Positions 47,829 to 61,150 are shown, numbered from the stretch's first letter. The stretch: 64,000 nt of DNA from Heteronotia binoei (GCF_032191835.1 NC_083228.1:71982001-72046000); one strand, 5' to 3'. Translations and numbers: made by a program. The notes: generated by a model from the sequence alone, not told the origin.

Positions 47829-48536
47829 TGTAACGTGCTAGTTTTATATAGTACATCATCACCCTCTCCTTCCTACAAGACACTGAGAAAAACAAATATT
47901 TAATCTTTTACCATTTTATTCTCTCAAAAACCTTGGGACATATGCCAGGGTGCAAGTATATGACTAGTCTAAGGTCCCTAGCCCAAGTATCCCTTGGTTT
48001 CTTAGTCCAAGTATTCCTGAAAACACTTGTGACCCTTCTGGGCAGCCCCAGAGTGGGCAATGTACTTCTTGGTGATCTCTCCAGATATTCCTCAAAGCCT
48101 CTGTCATGAAGGGGAGAGTATTTTTGCACCAAGGTCCTCCTCTTCCCTGCCCTTTAATTCACCAAACCTAACAGCTTTTTAGCAGAGGAGTTCTCCTCAG
48201 TCTATGCCAGTAAGGATTTAAACAAGCTCCTGCAAGCCAAAAAACTCTGCCCTCTTCCCTTCTAAATACAATAAAGGTTTTTTGGCTCACTTCCAATTGC
48301 CTAGGCAACTAGTCCAGCCTGCAACCTGTCTCACTGTGAATAGATCTGCTTGATCAGGCAAGCCATGGAGCTGACCAGCCTTTGCTTTTGCCGGTGTATC
48401 AACAGGCACACCATATGCAGATTGAGAGTAACACAGCATAAAAGAGCCTTCCCACTTGAGGGCCTCTGCTCCTTAACAATCTCCCTGAGTTTCCCCTCCC
48501 CAATGTCAGGACTCCTGACCTAGACACTATACGACA
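47829..48536 (+). mobile_element. Possible solo LTR
   Basis: TGTAAC start, ..GACA end, TTTAAA and AATAAA (~48270) in LTR-like order. No TSD found. Confidence 0.3.
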
Positions 48537-51500
48537 CTGTGGGATCACAATGCTGGAATTTGTATACATTCCAGTGACATGATATTTAAGTCACAGCTAA
48601 TCTGACAATCGTGACAGGCATTTTTTAAACAGCCTGAGGAGCAAAGAAAGAAAAAGAATAGTAAAACCTCAAACTGAGTTTTATGCAACCCTGCTTCATA
48701 AGATGTCAGTGTGACAGATAGCATTTGCAACAGGGTGATGGACAGAGCCTACATGAAGGGATTCTTTGAAGTGTATTATGACCTGAAAGGAAAACAAGCC
48801 ATCTTTATAGTGAAATAACTCTCAATATAGGAGAGAAAGAGATCATCTATGTGCATGTTGTGTAATCCCAGTCAATTTTAGGCATGCAAGCTGATTTATT
48901 ATATACAAACCATATACAAGCAGTCACATGGAAGACTGAGAAACTGCTCACCATCACTTTGTCAGACAAGATATCTAACACATAATCTCAACATTTCATT
49001 GAGCAGTACAAAGCGACCACCTTGCTAAACACTTCCTTCAACTTATTTTACACTAGACATCTGCTGCTGTGGCCACAGTAGCCCCAAGGGCAGAGAGAGT
49101 GAAAGCAAGAAGACCTCATCCATTAAAAGCAATGAAGGGAGCTGGGAAACGTAATGAATACTGGGAAGAGCAAAACAATTGCAAACATATATTTGGAAAT
49201 TGATGTATGTGCAAAGGACACATATGAATGCCAAGAGCAGGGCCTTTTTGTAGCAGGAACTCCTTTGCATATTAGGCTACACCCCCTGATGTAGACCCTG
49301 TAAGCTCTTGGAGGATTGGCTACATCATGGGGGTATAGTGTAATATGCAAAGGAGTTCCTGCTACAAAAAAAAGCTTTGGCCATGAGTAAAAAGATGTTG
49401 AGTAGCATCGGTAGCCAAAAATCCAGAGTTACCACCAAATTTTTTTGAAAGTGAAATTCAAAGCAAAAAGAAATTGTGGGTCCTTCCTTTGACAAAATGC
49501 AAGGAAAAGCTTCAAAGAATGGTATGGAGGTATCCAATGCAAAGTGACGGGAAAATGTTCAATGCAGTGAATATTTTAGTTATAAAGATTCTCCATTACT
49601 GAGGTTTTAACTGTGGGTACATTTCAGAATCATATTACAGCGAACACATATACATTGCAATTCAGAATCATGTTACAGTGAACACATGTACATTGGGCAT
49701 GTACATGTGTACATCTGTTTGTAAGAAAGAGTGAATGCAAGTTTACTTCACAAATGAAACTGGGGATTAGTACATAAATAAATGTGGGGTTTAAATCATA
49801 TGCTCAGCTGTACATGCATTGAATATAACATGAGAATTACTCAGCACAAGAATAAAAAGAAATCAAAGGCACATTGAACCGATGTTTGAGAGCAGACAGG
49901 CAGGCAGGCAGGAAGGAAGATGGGGAGGAGGTGGAAAGAAAGCAACTTTAACTTTAAAAGCTGCCAGCCAATGGGGCAGTGGAAGCTTTGAGAGCCACGC
50001 AATATATGTGAAAAAGCCACATGTGTCTCCTGAGCCACAGTTTGGCCACCCATGTGCTAGATTAACTAGTTATGCCTATATTTTATTTATTATTTACTTA
50101 ATTTTATTTATTATATTGGATTTGTATCCCAGTCTCCCTCTGTCCAGACTTAGAGTGGGTAATATCATAGGTGAGATCGATATATATATTTTTTTAAAGA
50201 TTACAAGCATTGTACTTGGCAGGTATATGCCAATTAAACTGACAGTGTATACAGATGGGTAGTATGCTAAAAATCCAAGGGAGCAAAGTTAGAAAGATGA
50301 ACTGCAGAATATTTCAAAAGAAAAGCCCCACCTGACTATACAATCAGATATGAAACGATATGTCCTAGTATGTACCTCACACTCCTTCATATGTCTGTCC
50401 TGTAAAAATCCTACAGTTTTTTGATGTCCTATCAATACTAAGCAAACTATGAATACAAACTGGAATTATTCAAGGTTACACAGAAAAATAAGAAAAACTC
50501 CATTGTGGCTTTCCAGAAATATGTTAACAAATATGTTAATTCAGGCTATTAATGGTCTCTCTAGACTCAACAGTCCCTGCTAATAGTCAGTGGTTGACTT
50601 ATACATCATCATCATCATCATTATACCTTCTACATTTTTATTCACTTATTTTACCTATTTTATGCCTTGTGTTAAGATGTATGGCAAACTTGATGAATGT
50701 AAGCATAGATAAGGCAACCTTTATTTATTTGTGCTCTTTCTTATCACCATATTTGTGTTAAAAAAAACCTTTTCTATATTTTTGAAACATCCCTATTAGT
50801 CTTGTCTGTTTTTAAAACAAATATGTGGTGGTATGTCATGTAAAAATATGTACAGAGGTTTCAGAAAGACAAATACATTATTTCAGTGTTTCTCAAGGTA
50901 GGGCCTTGCACTCATATAGGGCCCCAGGGAGAGAGAACGAGAGACTGTCTCATATCTATCCAACAAATGTGAAAAAGAGTCTTCTCTATTTTCTACAAAT
51001 AGAGACAGCTACTCATTTTTTGCAGAGTGGAAGCTCATAAGTTGCCACCACTTGTAGTTACCTCAGAACTCCACCCAAAAAGGTGCTGTTTGGTGCTGAG
51101 TATCAGCAGTTTAGCCCTAGGAACTCTAATTGGTTGAGTGACACGACAGCACTACAATCCTAATTCAGCCATCATAGTTACTTCCAGTATGAACTATACA
51201 AAATATTCAACTATTTTCCTATGCACCAGAAATAGATGCGTTCTACACCCATAGACAGTAATAGCCAATTGCAGTTTTCAATTTCACTATCTCACTTTTG
51301 TTAACAAAGAGCACCTAATAAACTGAAATTTTGAAAATTTAGGGATGGGAAATCTCTTTGCTCACTCAAATGGCTCAGGTTTTTAGATTTTTCTTTCCCT
51401 TTGAAGGTCTTTATGTGGCTCTTCAAATCCACCCTAAGTGAGGAATACTAGAAAACAAAATCCATGTAAAAGACTTCTAAATTTAAAACACACACACGCC

Positions 51501-53256
51501 AGTTCTCAACGGTATAGGCAGATTTCTGTGTACACCATTAAAAATAACTGCAGCAGTGGCAAATAAAGTAGAACATTAATCATTTTAGCTGAGCATCAGA
51601 AAGCCTCATTTAGTAGTGCAAGTCTATGATAGGGTATCCCACAAGAGACCCTTAGCAGACACATGTTTTAGCTCATTTCAGATTAGACTGTGGATGGAGA
51701 AGCTCTGGAAATCATGCATTAGAGGCCTGCCCTGTGCTGGTCCCTAGGGAACAAATTAATGTCTTCTGCGGTGTTAACTTCTGTGACTCCAGATTTTTTG
51801 AACAGTTGCAAAACCAGTAAATAAAAGGTTTAATCTGCAAGATAAGGCAGAAAGTTGCCAACTGCCTTTTACTCAGCTAATTTCCTTACTTCTAAAACAG
51901 AGCCAACAAAAAACAAAGGAAAAAGATTGCATTTGTTTAAAGCTCCCAAGGAGTAAGGATAACAAGGCACTAAATAAAAGGAATGGAGAAGCAAGTCTGC
52001 AAATGTTATTAGATAAGCTGCAGAGATATCACAGAATACAGAATGGAAAGGCTGAAAATGGCCTACATTTCTTGTGAAGCACCTTAAGATGCTCCTGAAA
52101 GTTGGGTATATAAGTTTGGGTATATATTTCATGTATACCCAAACATTCCTAAACCCTGGTGACTGACTCCAGTGTTCCATTTAAGTGGTAAAGGAACAGC
52201 TGAAATCCTCTCCTCCAGGCCGCATGTTGGGCAGAAGCTCACAGTAATGAAGCTCTATAACCTTTAAATTTTATCATGCTCTTTCTTTCTTACTCCACTG
52301 TTCAAACCCTATTATATAGTGGGTTCTATGCATGAAGGAGATGTCCGATGAGTGATATCAAGCTCTTTAATAGACGTAGCATAGTATAAGACTACAGTAC
52401 AAGACTGAAACTGTGGCCAACGGGGCCAAACTTATATACATCTCTGGGTTCCCGTGCAAGCATGTTATTGGGTCCTTCAAACTGGTGGGGGCTTGTGATT
52501 GGTCCAGGGCTGCAGAGATTTGGATCCTGCAGCCCTTTGTTCCCAAGTCCCCAAGCTCAGTTTGTATGGCTGCAACAAGTCAACCGCCTGAGTGCTGGGG
52601 TGGGCAGCAACATGGTTGTGGCTTCAGGCAACGTGAGCGAAGGGCCAGGTGCTGAGGGAGCTCAGCCAGCTGGACAGGGTCCCCTGAGGTCTCTGGCACT
52701 GATGGAAGTCCCATCTGTTCCACTGGCTCTGGCAGGGGTGTTGCTGCCGGTCTCTCTGCTTCCTCCGGCCCGTGAGTTGTTGAGTCTGCTGCTGTCGCCG
52801 GGTTTACAGAACTCTCATCTTCGTCTTCTTCCCCAGGTACCTCGCATGCCCGTAATTGGTTGATGTGCTGCTTCATTGTGAACCTTCCCTCGGAGGTGAC
52901 CTCGTACATGATGGCACTTAATACCCTGGATACACATGCTGGTATCCACACTGCCCACCCCCCAAAGTTTTTGACAAACACCAAGTCCCCTGTATCAAAA
53001 TCCTAGGGAGCCCGGACCACCTCTGGCACCCCTTGAAGGTCTGGGGTGTGGTCGGGATGCATACAGTCAAGCAGGGTTGTCAGCCACAAGCCCATGAGAA
53101 GTTCGGCTGGGCTGCAGTCGGTAACAGTACTGGGGGTGAAATGTTGTGCCAGGAGGCACTCAGCGAGGTGGGCTTCCCACTCCCCATATATGAGTGTTTT
53201 CTTCATAGCCCGTCCTTTCTGCTTGGCTGTTGGTGGGTTAAAGGGGGCTGACCTTA

Positions 53257-54127
53257 TGTGGAGAAACGCCATTTTATTCAATGTTGCTGCTTCATAGGGA
53301 GGGAGAACATCAAACTGCCAAGCAGGCTTCGGCCTAGCCTTCCCCTCACTCCCCCCCTCCCTTCCAGAGCCAAACCAACAACTCTAGGGGGAAAGTCTCC
53401 TAGAGAGACAGGAAGTTCTTTTGTTCTCTGCATGTGAGTTAGGAGGAAGAGTTTTCAGTTCTCAGCTGCAGCTCGAAGGAAGAGGTTGCCAGTGTGGGAG
53501 CTCCTGCCTGTGCATGCGGCCTATTCAAAAGAAAATGAGGCCTCCAGGCAGTAAGACAAAGTAAGTCATCTAAAAGGGCAGGGCATGTTTAGATCAGGGA
53601 CAGCAGGACGCGTTTAAAACCACATTTTGTTTGTCAGGCTGTTTGCTGTACGGGTGCTGTGCTGTGCTAACTTTTTAAATGCAACTGTTTTTGTTTTGTT
53701 TTTCTTTCCCTTTCTTTTTCTCTTTTAAATAAATATTTTTTTGCTGTTTTAAATGCTGGCAGTCAAACTCTGTACCACACAGATCCCCAAACCGCTTTAG
53801 ACCACGCTGTGTTAAGAAGGGGGCCCCAGGTGAAGGGGGGAAGGCATGCAGTTGGATAAGGTGCCAATCCTCCAGGGGTGCCCCAAAGAAGTGCTGAGGT
53901 CTCTGTGAAACCCAAATGCAGGGTGGCAGAGGACCTTGAGGCCTGGCCTCACAGCTGGAGAGGGGGATTGGGAGTCCTGTTCCTCTCAATCTGAACCCCT
54001 AGACAGAGCAGGTGGTGGCAGTGAGCCCAAGGGGCAGGAGGAGAAATAGCTCCCTCCAGGAGTTGGCAACTCAATAGGGAGCTGACGGGACCGGGTCTGA
54101 AGGCAGAATCGGGCCGGTTCCGCCACA
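53257..54127 (+). mobile_element. Solo LTR (871 bp) inserted in the Gypsy integrase; 5-bp TSD CCTTA
   Basis: TGTGG...CCACA termini; CCTTA at 53252-53256 and 54128-54132. Removal restores integrase ..NLIKHIR|SAPFNPP. Strand inferred from AATAAA at ~53727. Confidence 0.88.
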
Positions 54128-54709
54128 CCTTATGTGCTTTATTAAGTTCCGGCTACAGAAATCCTGGAACACAGCCGAGGTGAAACCATCCCATTATCCA
54201 ATACCAACGTATCTGGGAGGCCATGTGTGGCGAAAACCCTGTGGAGAGTCCCTAATGCCGCCCGGAAGGATCTGGATGCTACTGGTACCAACTCCAGCCA
54301 CTTGGATTAGGAGTCCACAATAAGAAAGAATATCTGCCCCTGGAAAGACCCCACAAAGTTGAGGTGCAGGCGGGACCAGGGGTTGTGAGTGGACTCCCAC
54401 TGTTGGGCTGGGGCACGAGGTGGCGCTGGATGGGTCTGCTGGCATGGCTGACATCGGGCCACCCAGGACTCAATGGCATCGTCAATTCCCAGCCACCATA
54501 CATAGCTGCGGGCCAGCGCCTTCATGCGTACAATTCCCGGATAGGTTTCATGCAGTGCTGTTAGGACTCGCTGCCACAGTACCAGGGGCACCACCACTCT
54601 ACTTCCCCACAACAGACACCCTTTATGTACAGATAGTTCATCCCAGCGGGATGCAAACACTGAGAATTCCGAGCCCACCTGCCCCTCAGGCCACCCCTTC
54701 CTCATCCAG

Positions 54710-54871
54710 TCCAGAACCTGGGAGAAGGTTTTGTCCTTAGAGGAGCAGTGGGCAATGTCCTTAGTGTGCACCGGGCGGTCTGGAAGGGACTCCAGAACCT
54801 GGGAGAGGGTTTTGTCCTTAGAGGAGCAGCGGGCAATGTCCTTAGCGTGCACCAGGCGGTCTGGAAGAGAC
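54710..54871 (-). repeat. 81-bp in-frame tandem duplication inside Gypsy pol
   Basis: ESLPDRLVHAKDIARCSSKDKTLSQVL / ESLPDRPVHTKDIAHCSSKDKTFSQVL; 5 nt differences; bounded by TCCAG. Confidence 0.92.
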
Positions 54872-57010
54872 TCCAGCGACATGATCTGGAACGCTGGGGC
54901 TGGATCAGGGTCCGTTGAGGGCAGCGGCACGCAGCTCAGAGCGTCGGTGTGACCCATCATCACCTTCCCTGGGCAGTACATGAGGTCATACCCCACCAGG
55001 AAGATGGACCACCTCAACACCCACGGTGAAAACATTTGGGGTGTTTGTCGGTCGGGGGTGAACAGGCCCAGCAGGGGCTTGTGGTCCATCAAGATGGTGA
55101 AGGGCCAGCCGTACAGGTAATCATGGAATTTTTTAACTCCTGCCATGATAGCCAGGTCCTCTTGTCAATCTGAGCATAGTTTCACTCTGGTTTTTGTAAA
55201 GTCCTACAATAATACACTACTGGAACCTCAGAACATCCAATAACACGTGGGCCTACACAGTGCCCACCCCATAAGGTGAAGCATCACACACCCGAATGAA
55301 GGGCAGCCACTCATCAAAGTGCACCAGCAAGCTGTTTGAAGTCAAAATGTCCTTTACTGCCTGGAAGGCAGCAGCTTGCCGGCAACCCCAAACCCACAGT
55401 GCTCTTTTGTCTAACAGTCTGTGTAAGGACTACGCTACCACTACCTTGTGGGGAAGGAAGGCATGGTAGAAACTGAGGAGGCTCAAGGACTGTAATTCTG
55501 CCTTGTTGATGGGAGCTGGCACATCGCAAATGGCCTTTATTTTGTCCTGGGCTGGATGAATGCCGCTAGCGTCCACCGTATACCGCAGAAAGTCTATAGT
55601 GGGCACCCCAACACACATTTCTCCCATTTTACCTTCAACCCTGCCCCATCAAAATGCTGCAACACCGTCCGGAGTCGGCCAGTGAATTCCTCTTCGGTGG
55701 CTGTTGCTATTAGCACAGGGATACCATTAAGAAGGGAGTCCATCAAGTTCTGAAAAATCCCAGGTGCCATGCTGACCCCAAACTGCAAGCACTTAACTCT
55801 GAAAGCCCCCCCAGTGTGTTATGATAGTTTGAGCTTCTGCTGTGGCAGCGTCCACAGGAAGCTGTTGGTTCACCTGTGCTAAGTCCAGTTTCCCCAAATT
55901 TTTTGTCCCTGCTAATGATGCCAGCACATGGCTCACCACCAAGACTGGGTATGCGTGGCCTTGCAGCACCCTATTAATCATACATTTGTAATCGGCACAG
56001 ATGTGGACGCTGCCACTGGGTTTGATCAGGGTGACGATGGGAGTCTCCCACTTTTCATTAGCAACTGGTTCCAGCACTCCTTGGGCCACAAGGCGGTCTA
56101 GTTTCTCTTCAATCTTGGGTTTCAGAGCTAGGAGCATGTGCCTGGCCTTAAGCCATATGAGCTGCTCATTGGGGTTCAGTTGTATGCTACGGGGGCCCCG
56201 GTGTATGGTGTACATCCCCAGAGTTGAAAAAAGCAGGGAATTCTTCGCACGCCTTTTGAGAATCTCTTTGAAAGGGGGTGTGATTGATACCCATTCCCAG
56301 ATTCCCAGGGCTTGAACCAGGACTGCCCCAGGAGGCTACACAGGTTCCCTTCCATAACGATTAGGGGGAGCTTGCCCTTCAACTTCCCATATGTGACATG
56401 GACCAGCCCCACTCCCAGGATTGCAATCTCCCGCTTCTGAAAATCACGACTATGAATGGGGATGGTTGTAACTGGGATTCTCCCACGGGGCACAATTCCC
56501 TGAATGTGCGGGCCGAAATGACCGTCTAGCCCACCCCGGAGTCTACCTCCATTTTGCAGGGGTTGCCTTCTATGAACACAGTCACTTGATATTTATCTGG
56601 GGAGGGTAAGGGCAGCTGGCATACCTGGGTCCCTGTAGTGGTTAGTGCCTGGATGTCGTCCACAACTGTGACCTCATGGTGATGGCCATTTTGTTGGCAT
56701 GGAGGTTTCCCTTGGTGCAGTGCCGACAACCCGCATACCCATGCCAGATGCCCGGCCTTTCTGCACGTGTGGCAGGTTGTGTTTCAGAACTTGCAGGTGT
56801 GCCACTTGTGTGGCTCCCCACAGCTGGTGCAGGTCTTGGGGATGGTCGGTTCTGTCGCCCGTGACCTTGGCTTTTGTTTACCTGCCTGATGCAGTTTGAG
56901 GGCATTGTCCCCATCGGAGTCGTTAGACTCTGAGGCCGATCGCAGCTGGTGAGCGCTGGTACCTTCTCTTTGTTTGCATCCTTGGCGGCTGTGGCTATCT
57001 GTAATGCCTT

Positions 57011-57420
57011 GGCCTTTTCCCACCCTCTGCCGGTCAGGTGGGGGTCCGGGAGCCCTGCCGTGCCTCCGGGGGCTTTCCCTACCCTCCACCGGCCAGCTGG
57101 GATGGGGGGGCCCTGCCGTGCCTCCGCAGACTTTCCCCACCATCTGCTGGCCTGGTGGGGGTCGGGGGGCCCTGCAGTGCCTCCACGGCCTTTTCCCACC
57201 CTCCGCTGGCCAGGTAGGAGTCTGGGAGCCCTGCCACACCTCCGGGGCCTTTCCCTGCCCTCCACCGGCCAGCTGGGGTCAGGGGGCCCTGCCGCACCTC
57301 CAGGACCTTTCCCTGCCCTCTGCCAGCCAGCTGGGGTCAGCCTGCTGCTCCTCCACGGCTTTTTCCCACGCTCCGCTGGCCCGGCGGGGGTTAGGAGGCC
57401 CTGCTGCGCTGTGCAGCGGG
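57011..57420. repeat. GC-rich ~58-bp minisatellite (~7 units)
   Basis: Unit consensus ggccttt(t)ccc(a)ccctc(c/t)gc(c/t)ggccagctggggt..gggggccctgccgtgcctcc repeated from 57011. Confidence 0.8.
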
Positions 57421-57590
57421 CTTCCTGTGACAAGCAGCAATTTTAAAGTTGAGTTGGTCCCATCCCTTCTCCCCCCTTTCTTTCCGTTTCTCTCTCTTTC
57501 TCTCTCTCTTATTCATTCTGTCTCTTTCTTTTTCCCTATTTGCTTTGTTTCCTACTCTCTTACTCTTTCTGTATTTCTTACAGTCTTTCT

Positions 57591-57728
57591 NNNNNNNNNN
57601 NNNNNNNNNNNNNNNNNNNNNNNNNNNNNNNNNNNNNNNNNNNNNNNNNNNNNNNNNNNNNNNNNNNNNNNNNNNNNNNNNNNNNNNNNNNNNNNNNNNN
57701 NNNNNNNNNNNNNNNNNNNNNNNNNNNN
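57591..57728. other. Assembly gap (138 N)
   Basis: Run of n. Confidence 0.99.
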
Positions 57729-59155
57729 CTTGCCATTCAGTATGCTTGGTGTGGATTAAAGAATGGATGAGGTTATTAAATAGAAAACTACTGACACTAG
57801 AAGGTAATGGAAATATTTTTGGTTGGCATGCTTATATGTATTATGGGAAAAATAAGATGGATGGGTTTTTTCACATCGCTATATAAGAAGAAACTTGTTG
57901 AATACATGGTTAAAATACAAAAGATATGGGGATGAGAGAAAACCACTCTGGATTGTGCCAACGGAAGTAATAAAGTTATATTCAGATATCTCCGAAGTGA
58001 AGTGGTTGTAATATAAACAACTGTTAAAGATGCATGGTGAGAAAGTTGAACTAAAATCAGTAGAAGAATTGGACTATAAATATAATTGGTTTCAAATGCA
58101 ACAAATTAAGAGCTTGGTGGAACAGGACATTAAAAATGAAGGTATAAGACAAGAACAAACAGAATTGGAAAGAATGCTGTTTGGTGTTAATGACAAATTG
58201 ATATCAAGAATTTATACACTGTTATTGAAATGGTCTACGGAAGATGAAGTAGTTAAATCTCAAATGATAAAATGGACAATTAATATAAACAAAGAAATAC
58301 AAATAGAGTCATGGGAACACTTGTGGAAGAATTCTATGAAGATATCTACATGTTATAACATTAACGAGAACTGCTTTAAAATGCTATATAGATGGTATAT
58401 GACACCTAAGAAATTGGCAAAAATGAGTAATCAGATGTCTGACAGATGTTGGAAATGTACAAAGCATGGTTCTTTTTACCACATGTGGTGGACATGTGAA
58501 AAAGCAAGACAATATTGGCAAATGATTCAGAAAGAAATATCAAAGATTTTAGGTTATGATGTTAAGAGATCTCCAGACTTATTTTTGTTGGGATTACAAA
58601 TGAAAAGTTTTCTGAAATCAGATAGAACTATTGTGTGGTATCTACTTTCAGCTGCAAGGATATTATATGTGCAGCTTTGGAAGCAAGATAAAATACCAGA
58701 AAAATGGGACTGGATTTTAAAAGTTATGTCTTGGAGTGAAATGGACAAACTTACAAGAATCTTAAAGGACTATGGTTTGGAGAAGTTTAAGATGGATTGG
58801 GAGAAATTTCAAATATATGTTGAAAAACATTGGAAAGTAAAGGGACATTTAGTGATGTTTGAAAACAGTTGAATGATTATAAAGAAAAGAAGAAATGGTT
58901 TTTGTTTTTTTACTGGATTAATAGTATCTTTTTCTTTTGATAAAGGTTAAGAGATTAGAGTATAAGGTTTTTAAAATACCTTGTATTTTTAGCAATTTAA
59001 GTAAACACCGGCGGGAGTCAGAAAAAGGGGGATGGAAGGGGTTTAAAGTAATGTATTGGTATTATTCTTGCATTAGTGCTTTCTTTGATGGTTTTTTTAT
59101 ATAAATATTATTACAATACATTGCAATAATAAAAGTGATTTTGACAAAAAAAAAT
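57729..59155 (+). mobile_element. Second L1 3' fragment (related, diverged subfamily)
   Basis: VCLVWIKEW..LLNRKLLTLEG, LLKWSTEDEVVKSQMIKW, RCWKCTKHGSFYHMWWTC; 3'UTR acaccggcggg..; AATAAA then an A-tail at ~59130-59155. Confidence 0.92.
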
Positions 59156-59346
59156 TAAACTTGCTTTCTTTCCACCTCTCTCATTCCTCCCTTCTGCTCT
59201 CAAACATCTGACGTTCATGCTTTGTGGCTCTTGACATCTGACATTTCTTCTATGTAGCTCTTAAGTTTAAGCAAGTTTGGCCACCCCTGCACTTCACCAT
59301 GCTGGCTCTTAGAATTTGGTTTTGGGGTTTTTTCTGGGATGGCTAT

Positions 59347-59562
59347 CAGTGTTCCCTCTAAACTGAGTTAGTGTGAGCTAGCTCACAGATTTTTAGCTTC
59401 CAGCTCACACATTTTTGTTTTAGCTTAGGAAGGATGATCCCAAAGAACAATAATTTATGCAGTAGCTCACAAGTTTAATGCCAGTAGCTCACAACTTTAA
59501 TACCAGTAACTCACAAAGTGGAACTTTTGCTCATAAGACTCTGCAGCTTAGAGGGAACATTG
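59347..59562. mobile_element. hAT MITE (TIR CAGTGTTCCCTCTAA) with perfect 8-bp TSD ATGGCTAT
   Basis: ATGGCTAT at 59339-59346 and 59563-59570; ends cagtgttccctctaa / ttagagggaacattg. Confidence 0.88.
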
Positions 59563-59646
59563 ATGGCTATATACATATGGCAATATATTTGTGGACTTTT
59601 TCCAATGCTATAATATCTTTTTTGAAAAAGATATTATAGCGCTTTT

Positions 59647-59780
59647 GGTGATGTCAGAGATGTGGTCTAGTATGCAAATTATGGTGATATCAGAGGTGTA
59701 GCCTAGTATGCAAATTGTGATGCCAGAGGTGTGGCCTCTTATGCAAATGATGGTGATGTCAGAGGTGTGGCCTCGCATAC
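59647..59780. repeat. ~33-36-bp tandem repeat x4 (MITE-internal type)
   Basis: ggtgatgtcagaggtgtggcctagtatgcaaat units. Confidence 0.75.
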
Positions 59781-60299
59781 CAGTGAGTTCCTGGGTATAT
59801 CATTCATTTCAAATAATTTAAATAGCTGTTCTTAAGTTAAAATGGTGTCAGTACTATTTAATTACACTACTCAGTAATATTGGCATTACTCTGGCTTTTT
59901 ATTTTCTCTTCAGGCAAAGGAATATTTAGGAACATTGTAAAATACTACAGACTGATCCCTCTCCAACTCAGCAGCAGGCACTCTGAATGTGATCCATTAT
60001 CTTTAAAATACTGCAACTCAGTTGCCTACAGATGCTTAGCTTCCCTGTGTGTTTATTCATTTTCGTTTGCATGAACATTTTTGCATGAACATGCCTGATA
60101 TACCATGGCTCAGTGATCAAGCTATTTATGGATTATAAGGCAGATATGCTTCCGGGGGGAGGGCTTTAGAGTGAAAGCTTTGATTAATAAATTAGAACTA
60201 TAGCAAAGTGATAAAATAAGGCTTACAAGCTGACTTCAAAATGGTACTTGTCACAAATGCCAAAAGACAAATCAGATCTACGAAACTATTCTCACCATT

Positions 60300-61150
60300 A
60301 ACTCACTAATCAAAGCACTGCTCTGAGGAAACTTTTGCTTATAATTGTGAACATTCTGTAGTGGGATTTAAGAATGTCAGCCAAAAATTTTGCCACAGCC
60401 TCACTAACCTCCCACTCGGTATCATTCAGTAAATAATTACAGGGTGGCAGAATAGATAAATCTGGGGAGAACGAAAGTTTGCAAAATAGTTCTTCCTGGA
60501 GATTATAATACATGGAACAATCAAGCAATATATGCTGAACTGAGTCGGGAATATTCGCTCCACAGGAACAGAGTCTATCACATAAAGGAACTCAATGATA
60601 TTTGTTGCTCAATGTGTATCCCCTCCTACATTAGTAGACTCTATTGTTACCAATGTGCTGGACTGGCCTCCAGTAACTCTGGATGAAATCAGTGATCTGT
60701 TGAAGGGTTTAAAAGTGGGTAAAGCACCGGGCCCTGACTGACTTCCCACTGAGGTCTTCACAAAGTTTGTTGACTGGTGGCTCTTGTCCCTTGCAAAATT
60801 GTTCACTTTCATTGATCTGCATGGCTCCATCCGAGACTCTTGGCTTGATTCTATAATTATCCTAATCTACAAAAGGGTGGAGGGGGGGTTGGAGTTACCA
60901 GAAAATTTCTGCCCCATTAATTTATTGTCTACAGTGGGCAAATTGTATGCCAAACATTTGGAATAACTGACTGGATGCACCTAGATAACTTCACAGGTCC
61001 TGAATAAATTGGCTTTCCGGAAAGCAAATCTGCTGTGGACCATTGATGCACTCTAGCCTTCCTTGCTGAATAATAAATGCATACTGGGACAAACAAATTA
61101 TATGCTGCCTTCAATGACCTGAAGAGCACATTTGATTCAATAGAGAGAGC
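60300..61150 (+). mobile_element. Ancient non-LTR retrotransposon RT fragment (RTE/RTE-X-like)
   Basis: LKVGKAPGPD*LPTEVF, WLDSIIILIYK, ENFCPINLLSTVGKLYAKHL, GFRKA, LYAAFNDLKSTFDSI. Confidence 0.65.

Larger units (their letters stand above)
52310..57010 (-). mobile_element. Ty3/Gypsy LTR retrotransposon (gag C-term, PR, RT, RH, IN, 3' LTR), decayed and 5'-truncated
   Basis: Minus strand, in Gypsy order: gag ALQIATAA and two Cys knuckles (CTSCGEPHKWHTC); protease MEVDSG; RT ETPIVTLIKPSGSVHICADYK, KLDLAQ, LQFGVSMAPGIFQ; RH KKFHDYLYG..F..DHKPL; IN ALHETYPGIVRMKALARSYVWW..C..C, WSRLHLNF, SPAELLMG. LTR-like segment 52310-52577 has TATATAA and ATTAAA. PPT not seen. Confidence 0.9.
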
